Source of the DNA: an uncultured Chloroflexota bacterium
Lineage (GTDB): Bacteria > Chloroflexota > Chloroflexia > Thermomicrobiales > UBA6265
NCBI GenBank assembly: GCA_937901745.1
Contig: CALGSZ010000096.1
Location: forward strand, 69,750 to 133,749
Length of the DNA stretch: 64,000 bases
Direction of reading: 5' to 3'
Positions 32,062 through 41,079 of the stretch are shown here, one piece after another. The position numbers and the translations under genes are program-made. Each line of letters starts with the position of its first letter. Position 1 is the stretch's first letter. The notes under the pieces are model-generated. The model saw only the letters and a list, made by a program, of their open reading frames with translations, was not told where the DNA came from and did not search any database.

Positions 32062-32456
32062 GACGGAAGGATCCAACTCCTGAACTCCATCGTGGATCGT
32101 CAGGTAAATGTGCTGTTCGACGCGTTTCCACGTCCGCCAAACATCAAGTACAAGAACCATGAAGCGCATTTCGCAATCGAGTGCACGAACTCTGTAACTC
32201 GCTGTTACCACATATCTGTTCGGCTCCTCGCGTCGAGTGGGATACACTGGAATGTACACTGGCAGACAAATCTGTTGTCAGTCAAAATTGACAAGATTTC
32301 CGGAAGTCGTTAGAGTGAGGCCGTTCGATACGGGCCGCGACATGAGCGCGTTCGGTCGGACGACAGAAAACGCAGTAGCGTTTTCCCCGTCGCGAAGGGG
32401 TCCCCTCCTGTTGGGGGCGGGCTGGTCGGCAAGACCAGATAGCGGCGGGGTTTGAC

Positions 32457-33089
32457 TTAATCCAAGATCACAATTCGATCCTTGATTAGCGGAAGGTGCG
32501 GACCATCGATTGCTCGATGCTTGCGCAGTTGTCCTGCAATCATGTCGGCGACTTGAATCACGTCTCCAAGAGTTCGGCGCCGATCTGGGCAAGCGCGGAT
32601 GTCAGCAAAACTTCTTCGCCCCTCTAAGCGCATTGCATGCCGGATGCTCTTTCTTAGGGCATCCAACAATTTTGTGTCCTGCGACTCAAGATCAACTATC
32701 AGTTGCTGACCCGCTACAGTAGTAGCGGGAAGATTGCAAACGTGCTTGACGATCTCCGAGATTACTCGATCGTTTCCTGTCGTACTCCTAATGTATGTTC
32801 GATCCCATTGGTGCTTATCGATTAGGGACGCAGTCACGCAAATTGGCAGCGGTTGAAGAGCACGGAAAAACGCTTGAGTGACTGCAGGCTTCGAGGATAC
32901 GTGATGGAAGCAATGTGTCTCGGGGAGATTCCTTTCTCGCCGAGCTCGACTGAGGGCATTGTGAAGCCTCGGCTTGGCATCATCGACGTCAAGAGTTACC
33001 GTGACAATGACTAATAGCGGTGGTAGGCCCGGAGTCTTGGCAGGATCTCCGCCATCGCCTGACCAGTCCAGAGCCGATAAGTACTTCAC
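32457..33089 (-). CDS. DUF3800-like protein
   Basis: 210 aa in AT-richer DNA. N-terminal acidic motif ALDWSGDGG and C-terminal IQVADMIAG match the two conserved blocks I recall for DUF3800 (DESG ... Q.AD..ag). Confidence 0.6.
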   Translation of the reverse strand: MKYLSALDWSGDGGDPAKTPGLPPLLVIVTVTLDVDDAKPRLHNALSRARRERNLPETHCFHHVSSKPAVTQAFFRALQPLPICVTASLIDKHQWDRTYIRSTTGNDRVISEIVKHVCNLPATTVAGQQLIVDLESQDTKLLDALRKSIRHAMRLEGRRSFADIRACPDRRRTLGDVIQVADMIAGQLRKHRAIDGPHLPLIKDRIVILD

Positions 33090-33234
33090 CCAACCTCACT
33101 CGCTATCTTCCGACAGACCGTAGGCAGAGCGCGCAAAATCGGAACGATTCCATCCATGCAGGAATCTGCTCTGGTTTGCCCTACCAATGGCCTTGACTGT
33201 GTTTGGCATCCATCGAATCTATTACCTTAGGCTA

Positions 33235-33243
33235 ATTATATCA
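33235..33243 (-). promoter_or_regulatory. Candidate extended -10 promoter (TGATATAAT on the minus strand) upstream of the DUF3800-like gene
   Basis: The plus strand reads ATTATATCA. This is the only consensus TATAAT in the 393-nt AT-rich spacer. It lies about 146 nt upstream of the start codon. Confidence 0.3.
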
Positions 33244-33482
33244 TACATGTACGTACACTCGAGGCGCAGCTGAAGCTCTCAGTGTAAGGACCGGAATCCT
33301 TTGGGTAGATGGACTGGCGAAGACATGCGGCGTAGTTCGAAATCGCCATTAGTCTAGAACTGCTTCTTGTGCAGTCGTCTAGGCATAAATTGGCGGCGCC
33401 CATAAGAAATGCGCGACTAGCAAGACCTCTCAGTCGTAACACCCATTCGCTTCCCCGTTACGGTCTGAGTGACCCCAGATCA

Positions 33483-34268
33483 CTACTGCCGCGGGCTGTA
33501 GTGCCGCTTCAGCCACTTGCTCAGGCCGTCGAGACCAGGGAACAGCACGCGCTCGGTGATGTTCGCCTGGTCGAGCTTGTCGCGGACTTCCCACTTTAGC
33601 TCGGCGGGGATGATCAGGCGCCGGGCGAGTCCCGTGTGGTCGGCAAGCCATTGATCGAGCCGAGCCGAGGCGCTGGACATCAGCGAGAAAAGCGCGTACT
33701 GATTGACGATGCGAGCATCGAGGGAAGGCGGCTCGAAGAAGACGAGAAACGTCTCGGTCGCCAGCGAATCGAAGGCCGCTAGATCGGGCGCAACCGAGAT
33801 CAGCATCTCCGCCGTGAAAACATCCGCTCCCTCACGCTCGAGGATGCGTTGCAGCGGCTCAGGAAGGAATCGGTTCGAGGCAACGAAGTCGATACACCAG
33901 ATAGCACCGTCGAGATGGAAATGCTCTACGTTGGCAGTCGCGAAGTGCATCGCAACGAATGGTGAATAGGTCCAGTCGAGCAAGCGAGTCGGCAGTCCGT
34001 GGTGCTGTGCGAGGGCGAGAGTTTCCCAGAAATTTCCGCGGGCGCCCATCTCCCGGTAGGCGTACTTGGTGAAATTCCGCAGGAGATGCCGCTCCAGCTC
34101 GACGTAGTCGCCGCCGAGGCGGGCAAGGCTCGTTCGCAGGTCGCGCGCGGCCACCTCGTCTCCGCGAAACGCGAATGTCGAGCGGAAGCGGCCGAGCGTC
34201 GGATTCCAGGACCCTTCGTACAGCCGCTCGGTTAGCTCATCCCAACCCGAGACGCGGATCTCGTCCAT
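33483..34268 (-). CDS. FRG domain-containing protein
   Basis: FAFRGDE, LALAQHHGLPTRLLDWTYSPFVAMHFA and DARIVNQYALF reproduce the FRG-domain signature blocks. Confidence 0.85.
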   Translation of the reverse strand: MDEIRVSGWDELTERLYEGSWNPTLGRFRSTFAFRGDEVAARDLRTSLARLGGDYVELERHLLRNFTKYAYREMGARGNFWETLALAQHHGLPTRLLDWTYSPFVAMHFATANVEHFHLDGAIWCIDFVASNRFLPEPLQRILEREGADVFTAEMLISVAPDLAAFDSLATETFLVFFEPPSLDARIVNQYALFSLMSSASARLDQWLADHTGLARRLIIPAELKWEVRDKLDQANITERVLFPGLDGLSKWLKRHYSPRQ

Positions 34269-34463
34269 CGGCTTCTCGCCTAACCCACTCCACGTTCATC
34301 TGTCCTTGGCCGATGGTACCAGCGTCACGAAACAGCGGCAGCGCATGCGACGTTACAGAGCACGAGGACGGGCGGCTGGCGGGGAGCGGTCCTGGCTCCG
34401 CCGCTGCCACGCAGTGCTAGAGTTGCACGGTGGGCCGCGCGCCCGGCGCAGCGAGGTGACGAT

Positions 34464-36485
34464 ATGAGGCACCGTCCGGAACCGCCACCCCGCCAATCCC
34501 CCCGCCAGCCCCGCCGAGATTCGCAGGAGCGAGCGCAAATGCCGCGCACTCCCGAGCCGAGCGGGAGCTTGCCGCCGCCCGCGCTGCTCGGGCTTGATGT
34601 CGGGTCATCTCCCGATGTCGACCGCGATTGGCTGCCGCCCGCGGCGGAGCTAGAGCCGGCGTCCGATCTTCCGGACCGTCCGCCCTCGCCGCTGGCGCGC
34701 CGAGCGTCGGTGCTCGTTCCGATCCTCGTGGGGCTGCTCCTCATCGCCGCGGCGGTGGCGCTCCTCTGGCTGGATGTGTTCGGCCAATCGGGCGAGGGAA
34801 CAGAGCCACCCATCGCGCCGACCACCGGGAGCGGCGCGCAGTCCGGAACGGTCGCGACCCCACCCGGCTCGCCGACATCACTGGCCGCGGCATCACCCCC
34901 TGGCGGTCAGTCGTTGGCGACACCCCGGATGGCCGCGACCGTCACCCCGGAGCAGACGCTAGCGGTCGCGAGTCCCACGGCCACGCTCCCGCCGATTGGG
35001 ATCGCCATCGCCAGGGATGCCGAAGCAGTTGCCGGACTCGATCCCGCGGACGCCGTCGACCAATTGGTCAACGCCCTCCAAGAAGAACTGCCGGGACGCG
35101 CCGTCCGGCGACTCTCCTCCCCCCAGCAAGCAGCAATCCAAATTGGCCTCACTGCTCCCTCCCAATCTCGCCCCTACACGATCGCCAGCGCTCCCCTCGC
35201 CGTCGTGACCTCGCCAAGGCTGGCGCTGACGGGAGTCAGCCAGGAGCAAGCGGAGCAGTTGTTGCGGGGAGGAATCACCGACTGGGCCGCCGTCGGCGCC
35301 GGCCTGACGTTGCCAGTCGAGCCGCTCGCGCTCGGCGACATTCGGCTCGAGGGCGCGCGGCCGGTCGAGACATACGACGACTACGATGCCTTGGTGGCAG
35401 GACTCGAGGAACACCCTGGCGGCGTGGCGCTCGTGCCGGTCGAAACGGTTGATTGGCGCGTCAACGTCCTGGCGGTGGACGGCATCGACCCGATCCGCAG
35501 CACCGTCGTCCCCGCGGGCTATCCATTCGGTCAGCAACTGATCGCGGCCGTCGCGGCGGATCAGCCCGAAGAGATCGACAACGCGGTGCAGCGCGCCTTC
35601 GCCCGCCTGGGCTGGCCACACCGCGCGCCCGTCATTACCCGCATCGGCGTTGCCGGCGACATCGCGACCAACGCGGACGGAGCAGAGCTCGCCAGCCTAG
35701 CTCCGCTGATTGCGAGCTTGGATCTCACCATCGGCAACCTGGGCAGCGGAACGTCAGCAGCAACGCCCACCGCGAGCACGCCAGCCGCTAGTAGCGGTGA
35801 GTCGGCGCTCGCATCGGCACTAGCGGATGCCGGTTTCGACGTCATCTCCCTCATCACGGGCGAATCAGATGACCAAACCGACCGCGCGCTCCGCGAGGCG
35901 GGTCTGGAGACGATCGGCAGTCAGTCGCCGAACTCATCGCAGGAGCCGCTCATCATCGAGCGGAACGGTCTCCGCATCGCGATTGTCGCGGCGCGCAACG
36001 ACACGACGGTCCCGGATCCGACCAATCCCGAAGGCGCAAGTCCTACGCCCCTCGATCCGGTGGCTCTTGCCGACGAGGTGCAGCGACTTGCCGCGGAGAC
36101 TGACCTCGTCATCGTCCTACTGCACGTGGATCCGGCGGGAGGAGACGAGCCCGATCCCGACATGATCGCCGCCGCCCGACTCGCGATCGACTCTGGGGCG
36201 GACGCGGTCGTGATGACCGGTGCGGCCGGAGTCAGCGGAATGGAGAGCTACCGCGATCAGCCGGTGCTCTATGGACTCGGCGGCCTAACCGGCGGAGGCG
36301 AGGCAGTCGAAACCCGGCAAAGTGCGATTGTCGAGTTCGTCTGCCACGGCGATCGCCTGGTCGGCTTGCGCCTCCACGGCATCGAGCAAGACGCCCGCGG
36401 CCAACCGCGGCTGATGACCGAGGCAGAGCGCGCGGCATTCCTCGACCGGCTCTGGCGAAAGATGCCAGAGCGCGAGGACCGCTGA
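34464..36485 (+). CDS. Membrane-anchored CapA/PGA_cap-like protein with a periplasmic-binding-like middle domain; the metallophosphatase motifs look degenerate
   Basis: Pro-rich N-terminus, one TM helix (VLVPILVGLLLIAAAVALLWL) and a central LTGVSQEQAEQLLRGGITDWAAVGA segment (PstS-like). The C-terminal region is collinear with CapA (GVAGDI..., LTIGNLGS, FDVISL, GLRIAIVAA, GADAVVMTG, PVLYGLGGL), but the usual His/Asn ligands are replaced. The start is uncertain (the ATG at 34539 is an alternative). Confidence 0.45.
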   Translation: MRHRPEPPPRQSPRQPRRDSQERAQMPRTPEPSGSLPPPALLGLDVGSSPDVDRDWLPPAAELEPASDLPDRPPSPLARRASVLVPILVGLLLIAAAVALLWLDVFGQSGEGTEPPIAPTTGSGAQSGTVATPPGSPTSLAAASPPGGQSLATPRMAATVTPEQTLAVASPTATLPPIGIAIARDAEAVAGLDPADAVDQLVNALQEELPGRAVRRLSSPQQAAIQIGLTAPSQSRPYTIASAPLAVVTSPRLALTGVSQEQAEQLLRGGITDWAAVGAGLTLPVEPLALGDIRLEGARPVETYDDYDALVAGLEEHPGGVALVPVETVDWRVNVLAVDGIDPIRSTVVPAGYPFGQQLIAAVAADQPEEIDNAVQRAFARLGWPHRAPVITRIGVAGDIATNADGAELASLAPLIASLDLTIGNLGSGTSAATPTASTPAASSGESALASALADAGFDVISLITGESDDQTDRALREAGLETIGSQSPNSSQEPLIIERNGLRIAIVAARNDTTVPDPTNPEGASPTPLDPVALADEVQRLAAETDLVIVLLHVDPAGGDEPDPDMIAAARLAIDSGADAVVMTGAAGVSGMESYRDQPVLYGLGGLTGGGEAVETRQSAIVEFVCHGDRLVGLRLHGIEQDARGQPRLMTEAERAAFLDRLWRKMPEREDR

Positions 36486-36489
36486 CGAG

Positions 36490-37515
36490 TCACTCCTCCG
36501 GCGCCCGGCTCCATTCCGAAGGCGTGCTCGTGGCCTCCTCGGTCGGTTCCGGAGGCGGCTCAGTCGGCGGCGGAGGTTCCGTGGGTAGAGGCTCTGTCGG
36601 CGGCACCTCGGTCGGAGGCGGCAACGTCGGAGTCGGCTCACCCGGCAGCGGCGCAGTTGGCGTCGGGTTCGGCTCAACCGTTGCCGTCGGCTCAGCCGGC
36701 GCCGCTGGCGTCGGAGTCGGCGCGACGGGCACCGGCGTTGGTGGCGGTGGCGGCGGCTCCGGATCGGCGTAATCCGGAATCCCGGCGCTGACATCGGGGA
36801 ACGTCACCGGCACGCTGCCAGGCAAGATGCCCAGATACGCTCCTCCGGTCGGATCCGGCGGCAGCCACCGCAGCGGGTCGATCCGGCCGCCACTTGCCAG
36901 GTCGATCACGCCAAAATGGAGATGGTCGCCGGTCGAGTAACCCACTGAGCCGACCTCGGCAATCGCCTGCCCCGCCTCCACCCGCTGTCCGGGCTGGACG
37001 TACGTCGTGATCCAGTGGAGATACTCAGTGGCATAGCCAGCGTCCGGCCCTTCATGGACGATGACCAGGCGGGTATTGGCGATCCCCTCTGGCCGATCCA
37101 AGCCGGCCTCGACCACCGTCCCAGCTCCCGCCGCGTAGATCAGTGTGCCACGCGGAGCCGCGAGATCAATCCCGGTATGCATCGCCGGCGCCTCGGCGGG
37201 ACACCCGGCGACGACCGCGTAGAAGCCAAGCTGGGGCACGCAGCCGAACGGTTGGCTGAACCAATACGTTCCCGGCGCGAGCGGCCAAACGCGGAGACCT
37301 GGCGTGGCCGGCTGAGACGTCTCTGCGTCCCCGGCGCCGATCGCATCCTCGCCGCCTTTCCCGCGCGGCTTCGCGGCTGGATTCTCATAGGCCCGCGGCG
37401 TCGGCCGTGGGCGAATAGACTCGCCGGGCAGCGTTTCGTCATTCGCGGCTGCAACCGACGCGGTCATTGCCAGGAGCAGACTCAGCGTCAGCACCAGGCA
37501 TCGAGCTGCGTGCAT
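36490..37515 (-). CDS. M23 family metallopeptidase with a C-terminal Pro/Thr/Glu-rich tail
   Basis: The ATG at 37515 is preceded by GGAGGGGGAGGGG. Signal peptide MHAARCLVLTLSLLLAMTASVAAA. M23 motifs HTGIDLAAPRGT and GDHLHFGV. Confidence 0.85.
   Translation of the reverse strand: MHAARCLVLTLSLLLAMTASVAAANDETLPGESIRPRPTPRAYENPAAKPRGKGGEDAIGAGDAETSQPATPGLRVWPLAPGTYWFSQPFGCVPQLGFYAVVAGCPAEAPAMHTGIDLAAPRGTLIYAAGAGTVVEAGLDRPEGIANTRLVIVHEGPDAGYATEYLHWITTYVQPGQRVEAGQAIAEVGSVGYSTGDHLHFGVIDLASGGRIDPLRWLPPDPTGGAYLGILPGSVPVTFPDVSAGIPDYADPEPPPPPPTPVPVAPTPTPAAPAEPTATVEPNPTPTAPLPGEPTPTLPPPTEVPPTEPLPTEPPPPTEPPPEPTEEATSTPSEWSRAPEE
36493..36762 (-). repeat. Low-complexity coding repeat (about 90 aa of PT/PEP-type linker)
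   Basis: Tail PEPPPPPPTPVPVAPTPTPAAPAEPTATVEPNPTPTAPLPGEPTPTLPPPTEVPPTEPLPTEPPPPTEPPPEPTEE. The DNA shows iterated GTCGGNGGC-like units on the plus strand. Confidence 0.6.
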
Positions 37516-37627
37516 CCCCTCCCCCTCCATGCACGCGTTGCGTGCCAAGAATTGTCCGATTCTTCACTATAGAGCGTCGTAATCCTGCTGACTAGACAAT
37601 AGCCTCGTCAATTTGGAGGAAATTCTT

Positions 37628-38659
37628 ATGACCGATGATCCCATGCCCCGGCGACCCGTAGCGAGCATGGAAGGAGTGCGCTACCCTGCCGACAACGAAC
37701 CGCACCGGCACAAGAACGCCGGATCTCGAATATGCGACGAGGGGAGTGTGGCGGGGATGGATCGGCTACCGTTTGCTCAGCCCGGGCGATTCTGGCGTGG
37801 AAACTTGCACACGCACTCGACCTGCTCCGATGGTCGGAAAACGCCGGACGAGGTCGTGTCCGCATACCGGGAGCAGGGTTACGATTTTATCGCCCTCACC
37901 GACCATTTCCTGGAGCGCTTCGGGTTCCCGATCACCGATACTCGCCACTTCCGCGACGAGCGATTCACGACGCTGCTCGGCGCGGAGCTGCACGCGCCAG
38001 CGCTGTCCAATGGTGAGCCCTGGCACCTGGTGGCGGTCGGCCTTCCTCTCGACTTCGCGCCGACTTCCAGCACGGAGACGGGGCCCGAGCTCGCCGCCCG
38101 CGCCGCGGACGCTGGCGCGTTCGTCGGCCTGGCCCATCCGGCCTGGTACTCGCTGACGCTGGCCGATGCGCTTTTGGTCGAAGCCGCGCACGCCGTCGAG
38201 GTCTACAACCACACGACCGCCAACCACAACGACCGTGGCGAGAGCTGGTACCTCAGCGACCAACTCGAGGAGAACGGCCGCCGCCTCCTCGCGTACGCTG
38301 CCGACGATACGCACTTCAGCGACCGGCCGGACTCGTTCGGAGCATGGGTCATGGTCCGAGCGCCGGAATTGACGCCGGAGTCTCTCTTATCGGCGCTGAA
38401 AGCCGGCCACTTCTATTCGTCGCAAGGTCCTGAGTTGCGCGATGTGCGGATCGAGGGGAATTCGCTCTACGTCTCTTGCTCGCCAGCGAGCGTCATCTTC
38501 ATCAGCGGCCGTGGCTCACGCGCCGCGCACGTGCGCGGAGAAGGGCTTACCGAGGCAGAGTTTCCGCTCGACCGCTTCCTGGACAGCTATTGCCGCGTAA
38601 CGGTGCTTGATGCCGAAGGCAAGCGCGCCTGGACCAATCCGATCCGCTTCGCGCCGTGA
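37628..38659 (+). CDS. PHP-domain (CehA/McbA-like) metallohydrolase
   Basis: The ATG at 37628 lies 7 nt after GGAGGA (the track start at 37613 is a TTG). PHP motif GNLHTHSTCSDG and later FIALTDH. Confidence 0.7.
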   Translation: MTDDPMPRRPVASMEGVRYPADNEPHRHKNAGSRICDEGSVAGMDRLPFAQPGRFWRGNLHTHSTCSDGRKTPDEVVSAYREQGYDFIALTDHFLERFGFPITDTRHFRDERFTTLLGAELHAPALSNGEPWHLVAVGLPLDFAPTSSTETGPELAARAADAGAFVGLAHPAWYSLTLADALLVEAAHAVEVYNHTTANHNDRGESWYLSDQLEENGRRLLAYAADDTHFSDRPDSFGAWVMVRAPELTPESLLSALKAGHFYSSQGPELRDVRIEGNSLYVSCSPASVIFISGRGSRAAHVRGEGLTEAEFPLDRFLDSYCRVTVLDAEGKRAWTNPIRFAP

Positions 38660-38677
38660 GCTCGGCGAGAGCCGGGA

Positions 38678-38704
38678 GTGCCGCGGTGAACAGTGCCGCG
38701 GCAC
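38678..38704. terminator. Hairpin between convergent genes (9-bp GC stem, 9-nt loop), no U-tract
   Basis: GTGCCGCGG (38678..38686) pairs with CCGCGGCAC (38696..38704). Confidence 0.35.
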
Positions 38705-38743
38705 ATCGCACGCGGTGGTCCAGACGTTAGCCGCGCTTGTTGA

Positions 38744-39067
38744 TTATCCCTGGGTGACGACCGCGGTTCCGCTAGCGCTCACCATGAGCATGCCGCCGGT
38801 TTGCCCCACCGTCTCGAAGTCGAGGTCGATGCCGATGATCGCGTTGGCGCCCAGCTCCTGCGCCTGCTGGATCATCTCCTGAATTGCGATCTGCTTGGCC
38901 CGATCGAGCTCCCGCTCGTAGGCCGCCGAGCGCCCGCCGACGATATCGCGGATACCGGCGAAGAGGTCCTTGAAGATGTTCGCGCCGAGGATCGCCTGCC
39001 CGCTCACGATTCCCTTGTACTCGACGATTCGGCGCCCATCGAGATGTGATGTCGTTGATAGGAGCAT
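38744..39067 (-). CDS. ybjQ: YbjQ/UPF0145 family protein
   Basis: 107 aa. The sequence ...[38 protein letters not shown]...[12 protein letters not shown]... is characteristic of the family. Confidence 0.85.
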   Translation of the reverse strand: MLLSTTSHLDGRRIVEYKGIVSGQAILGANIFKDLFAGIRDIVGGRSAAYERELDRAKQIAIQEMIQQAQELGANAIIGIDLDFETVGQTGGMLMVSASGTAVVTQG

Positions 39068-39102
39068 CTATGGCTTCCTTTCCCTGCTGAAGGCTTCACA
39101 AA

Positions 39103-39142
39103 GTGACGCAATGCTGTCGCCAGCATGCTACCCGCGCGTCAC
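39103..39142 (-). terminator. Nested hairpin downstream of the metal ABC operon; candidate terminator
   Basis: Outer arms GTGACGC (39103..39109) and GCGTCAC (39136..39142); inner arms ATGCTG and CAGCAT. On the minus strand it is followed by TTTGTG. Confidence 0.45.
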
Positions 39143-39184
39143 AGTATGCCAGCGATTAGATCCGAGGCGGTCAGTCGTTGGCAG

Positions 39185-40123
39185 TTAGCCGAGAGAGCCG
39201 TCATCCGCGCGAGGCAGACGCGCGACTACCATTTCGCCTCGCACCCTAGCCCGCGTTTGCGCGACAGGCTGGCCAACCATGCGGCGACTCCCGAGTGCCC
39301 GGCGCAGCCCCGTCATCAGGTAGACGACGCCGAAAATCGCGGCCGAGAGAAGGACGATGGCGGCGCCGGATGCGAGGTCGTATCGGTAGCTGAGGAACAT
39401 GCCGAAGAAGCCGCACGCCGCGCCGATAGCGGTCGAGAGAATCAACAGGCGACCGAACGACTGCGTGAGGAGACGCGCCGTGGCCGGGGGGATGACGATC
39501 GCGGCGGCGATCAGCGTCGCGCCGACCACGTTCAGGGAGGCGACGATCGTCGCGGCCAGCGCCAGGGCGAAACCGGTCTCCACCCAGCCGGTGGGGACGC
39601 CGTGCACCTTCGCCAGTTCGGGATCGAAGGTCGTGTACAGCAGGCTTCGGTAGCCAAAGAAGACGGCCAACCCGACGACGAGGCTGACGGCGGCAATGAC
39701 GAGGATGTCTTCCTCGGTCACGCCGAGGATGTTGCCGAACAGCGCGGCCTCGAAGTCACGGGTGAAGCGCCGCTTCATGCTGATCAAAGCCACGCCGAGC
39801 GCGAAGGAGGCAGTGGTAACGATTCCGATCGCCGCGTCGGCTCCGATTCGGCGGCGGCGCGCGGTGGCATCGATCAAGAGGGCGGAGACGAAGCCCCACG
39901 CTCCCGCTCCGAGATAGAAGTTCCAGCCAGCCAGATAACTGACGACCGCCCCGCCCAGGATCGAGTGGGACAGGCCGTGGCCGATGTAGCTCATGCGGCG
40001 AAGGACGATGTAGACGCCCATCAAGCCGCAAAGCGCGCCGATGAGCGTCGCCACGATGAGCGCGTGCCGGAAGAACTCGAACTGGAGCGGCTCAGTAAAG
40101 AAGGTCATCAGCCGATCACCCAC
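39185..40123 (-). CDS. znuB: Metal (Zn/Mn) ABC transporter permease
   Basis: ZnuB/TroC-type polytopic membrane profile. It is third in the operon after the SBP and ATPase genes. The symbol is tentative. Confidence 0.8.
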   Translation of the reverse strand: MGDRLMTFFTEPLQFEFFRHALIVATLIGALCGLMGVYIVLRRMSYIGHGLSHSILGGAVVSYLAGWNFYLGAGAWGFVSALLIDATARRRRIGADAAIGIVTTASFALGVALISMKRRFTRDFEAALFGNILGVTEEDILVIAAVSLVVGLAVFFGYRSLLYTTFDPELAKVHGVPTGWVETGFALALAATIVASLNVVGATLIAAAIVIPPATARLLTQSFGRLLILSTAIGAACGFFGMFLSYRYDLASGAAIVLLSAAIFGVVYLMTGLRRALGSRRMVGQPVAQTRARVRGEMVVARLPRADDGSLG

Positions 40124-40162
40124 GGTCGGTCGTTCACGTTGCTGATGCTGGTCCTCATCGCC

Positions 40163-40996
40163 TTACCCACTTCCATTACGTTGCTCCCCACGCGATAGAC
40201 GACCGGCCAGCGCATGAAAACTCCCTGCCTCGGCGACAAGAACGCGGCCGGTCCGCGGGTGGTGGACGACCTGCATCTCGGTCTCGAAGGTGCGGCTGAG
40301 GATCGCGCTGGTGAAGATCGAATCCGGCGTCCCTTGGGCGACGATCCCGCCGTTGACACAGACCACCCACGGGAGATACGCGGCGACCGCATTCAACTCG
40401 TGGGTCGTCATCAGGATCGTGACTCCGTCGTTCTGGTTGATTTCAACCAGGAGGCTGAGGATGTCATCCCGCGTCTTGACGTCCACGCTGGCAGTCGGCT
40501 CGTCGAGCAGGAGAATGCGCGGACGCCCGATGAGCGCCCGCGCGAGAAAGGTGCGCTGCTGCTGACCACCAGAGAGGTCGCGGATGTGCCGATTGCCGAG
40601 CCCGCCGATGCCCAGCCGCTCCAGCATCGCCGCGACCTCGCGACGCTCCTCGCGGCTCGGCCAAGGGAGCCAGCGGCCCTGTCCGGTCTTGCCCATGAGG
40701 ACGACATTCTCGACCGTGACCGGGAAGGTCCAATCAACGGTCTCAACCTGGGGCACATACCCAACGCCGGACGGTGGACTCCCCGGCACGACCGACTGCC
40801 CGGCTACGATGACGTCACCCGAGACTCGCGGCACCAGTCCAAGGAGCGCGCGCAGGAGGGTCGTCTTGCCGGCGCCGCTCGGGCCGATGAGCCCGACGAA
40901 TTGACCCGGCTCAACCCGCAAGGAGACCGACGACAATACCGGCAGGCCGTCGTAGGCGCAGGTCAGGCGCTCGACCACGATCGATCCGTTGGTCAT
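40163..40996 (-). CDS. znuC: Metal ABC transporter ATP-binding protein
   Basis: Walker A GPSGAGKTT, signature LSGGQQQR, Walker B LLLDEP. The start is either the ATG at 40996 or the GTG at 41038. The symbol is tentative. Confidence 0.85.
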   Translation of the reverse strand: MTNGSIVVERLTCAYDGLPVLSSVSLRVEPGQFVGLIGPSGAGKTTLLRALLGLVPRVSGDVIVAGQSVVPGSPPSGVGYVPQVETVDWTFPVTVENVVLMGKTGQGRWLPWPSREERREVAAMLERLGIGGLGNRHIRDLSGGQQQRTFLARALIGRPRILLLDEPTASVDVKTRDDILSLLVEINQNDGVTILMTTHELNAVAAYLPWVVCVNGGIVAQGTPDSIFTSAILSRTFETEMQVVHHPRTGRVLVAEAGSFHALAGRLSRGEQRNGSG

Positions 40997-41079
40997 GTAT
41001 CGCTCGCCAATGGCGGCTCGCCTGGCCTCAATGCCCACGTATTCGACCCCCGCGTCGCCGGCGTCTTCGAGCCGGCAGG

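Noticed and set aside
32092-32313. Small ORFs in the left spacer of the FRG/DUF3800 islet (32092..32313 plus strand; 31903..32259 minus strand; 32237..32455 plus strand).
   Set aside because: They have no RBS and no recognisable motifs. The minus-strand ORF only stays open by running 158 nt into the ADH gene. They may be remnants of a lost gene, but I cannot support them as features.
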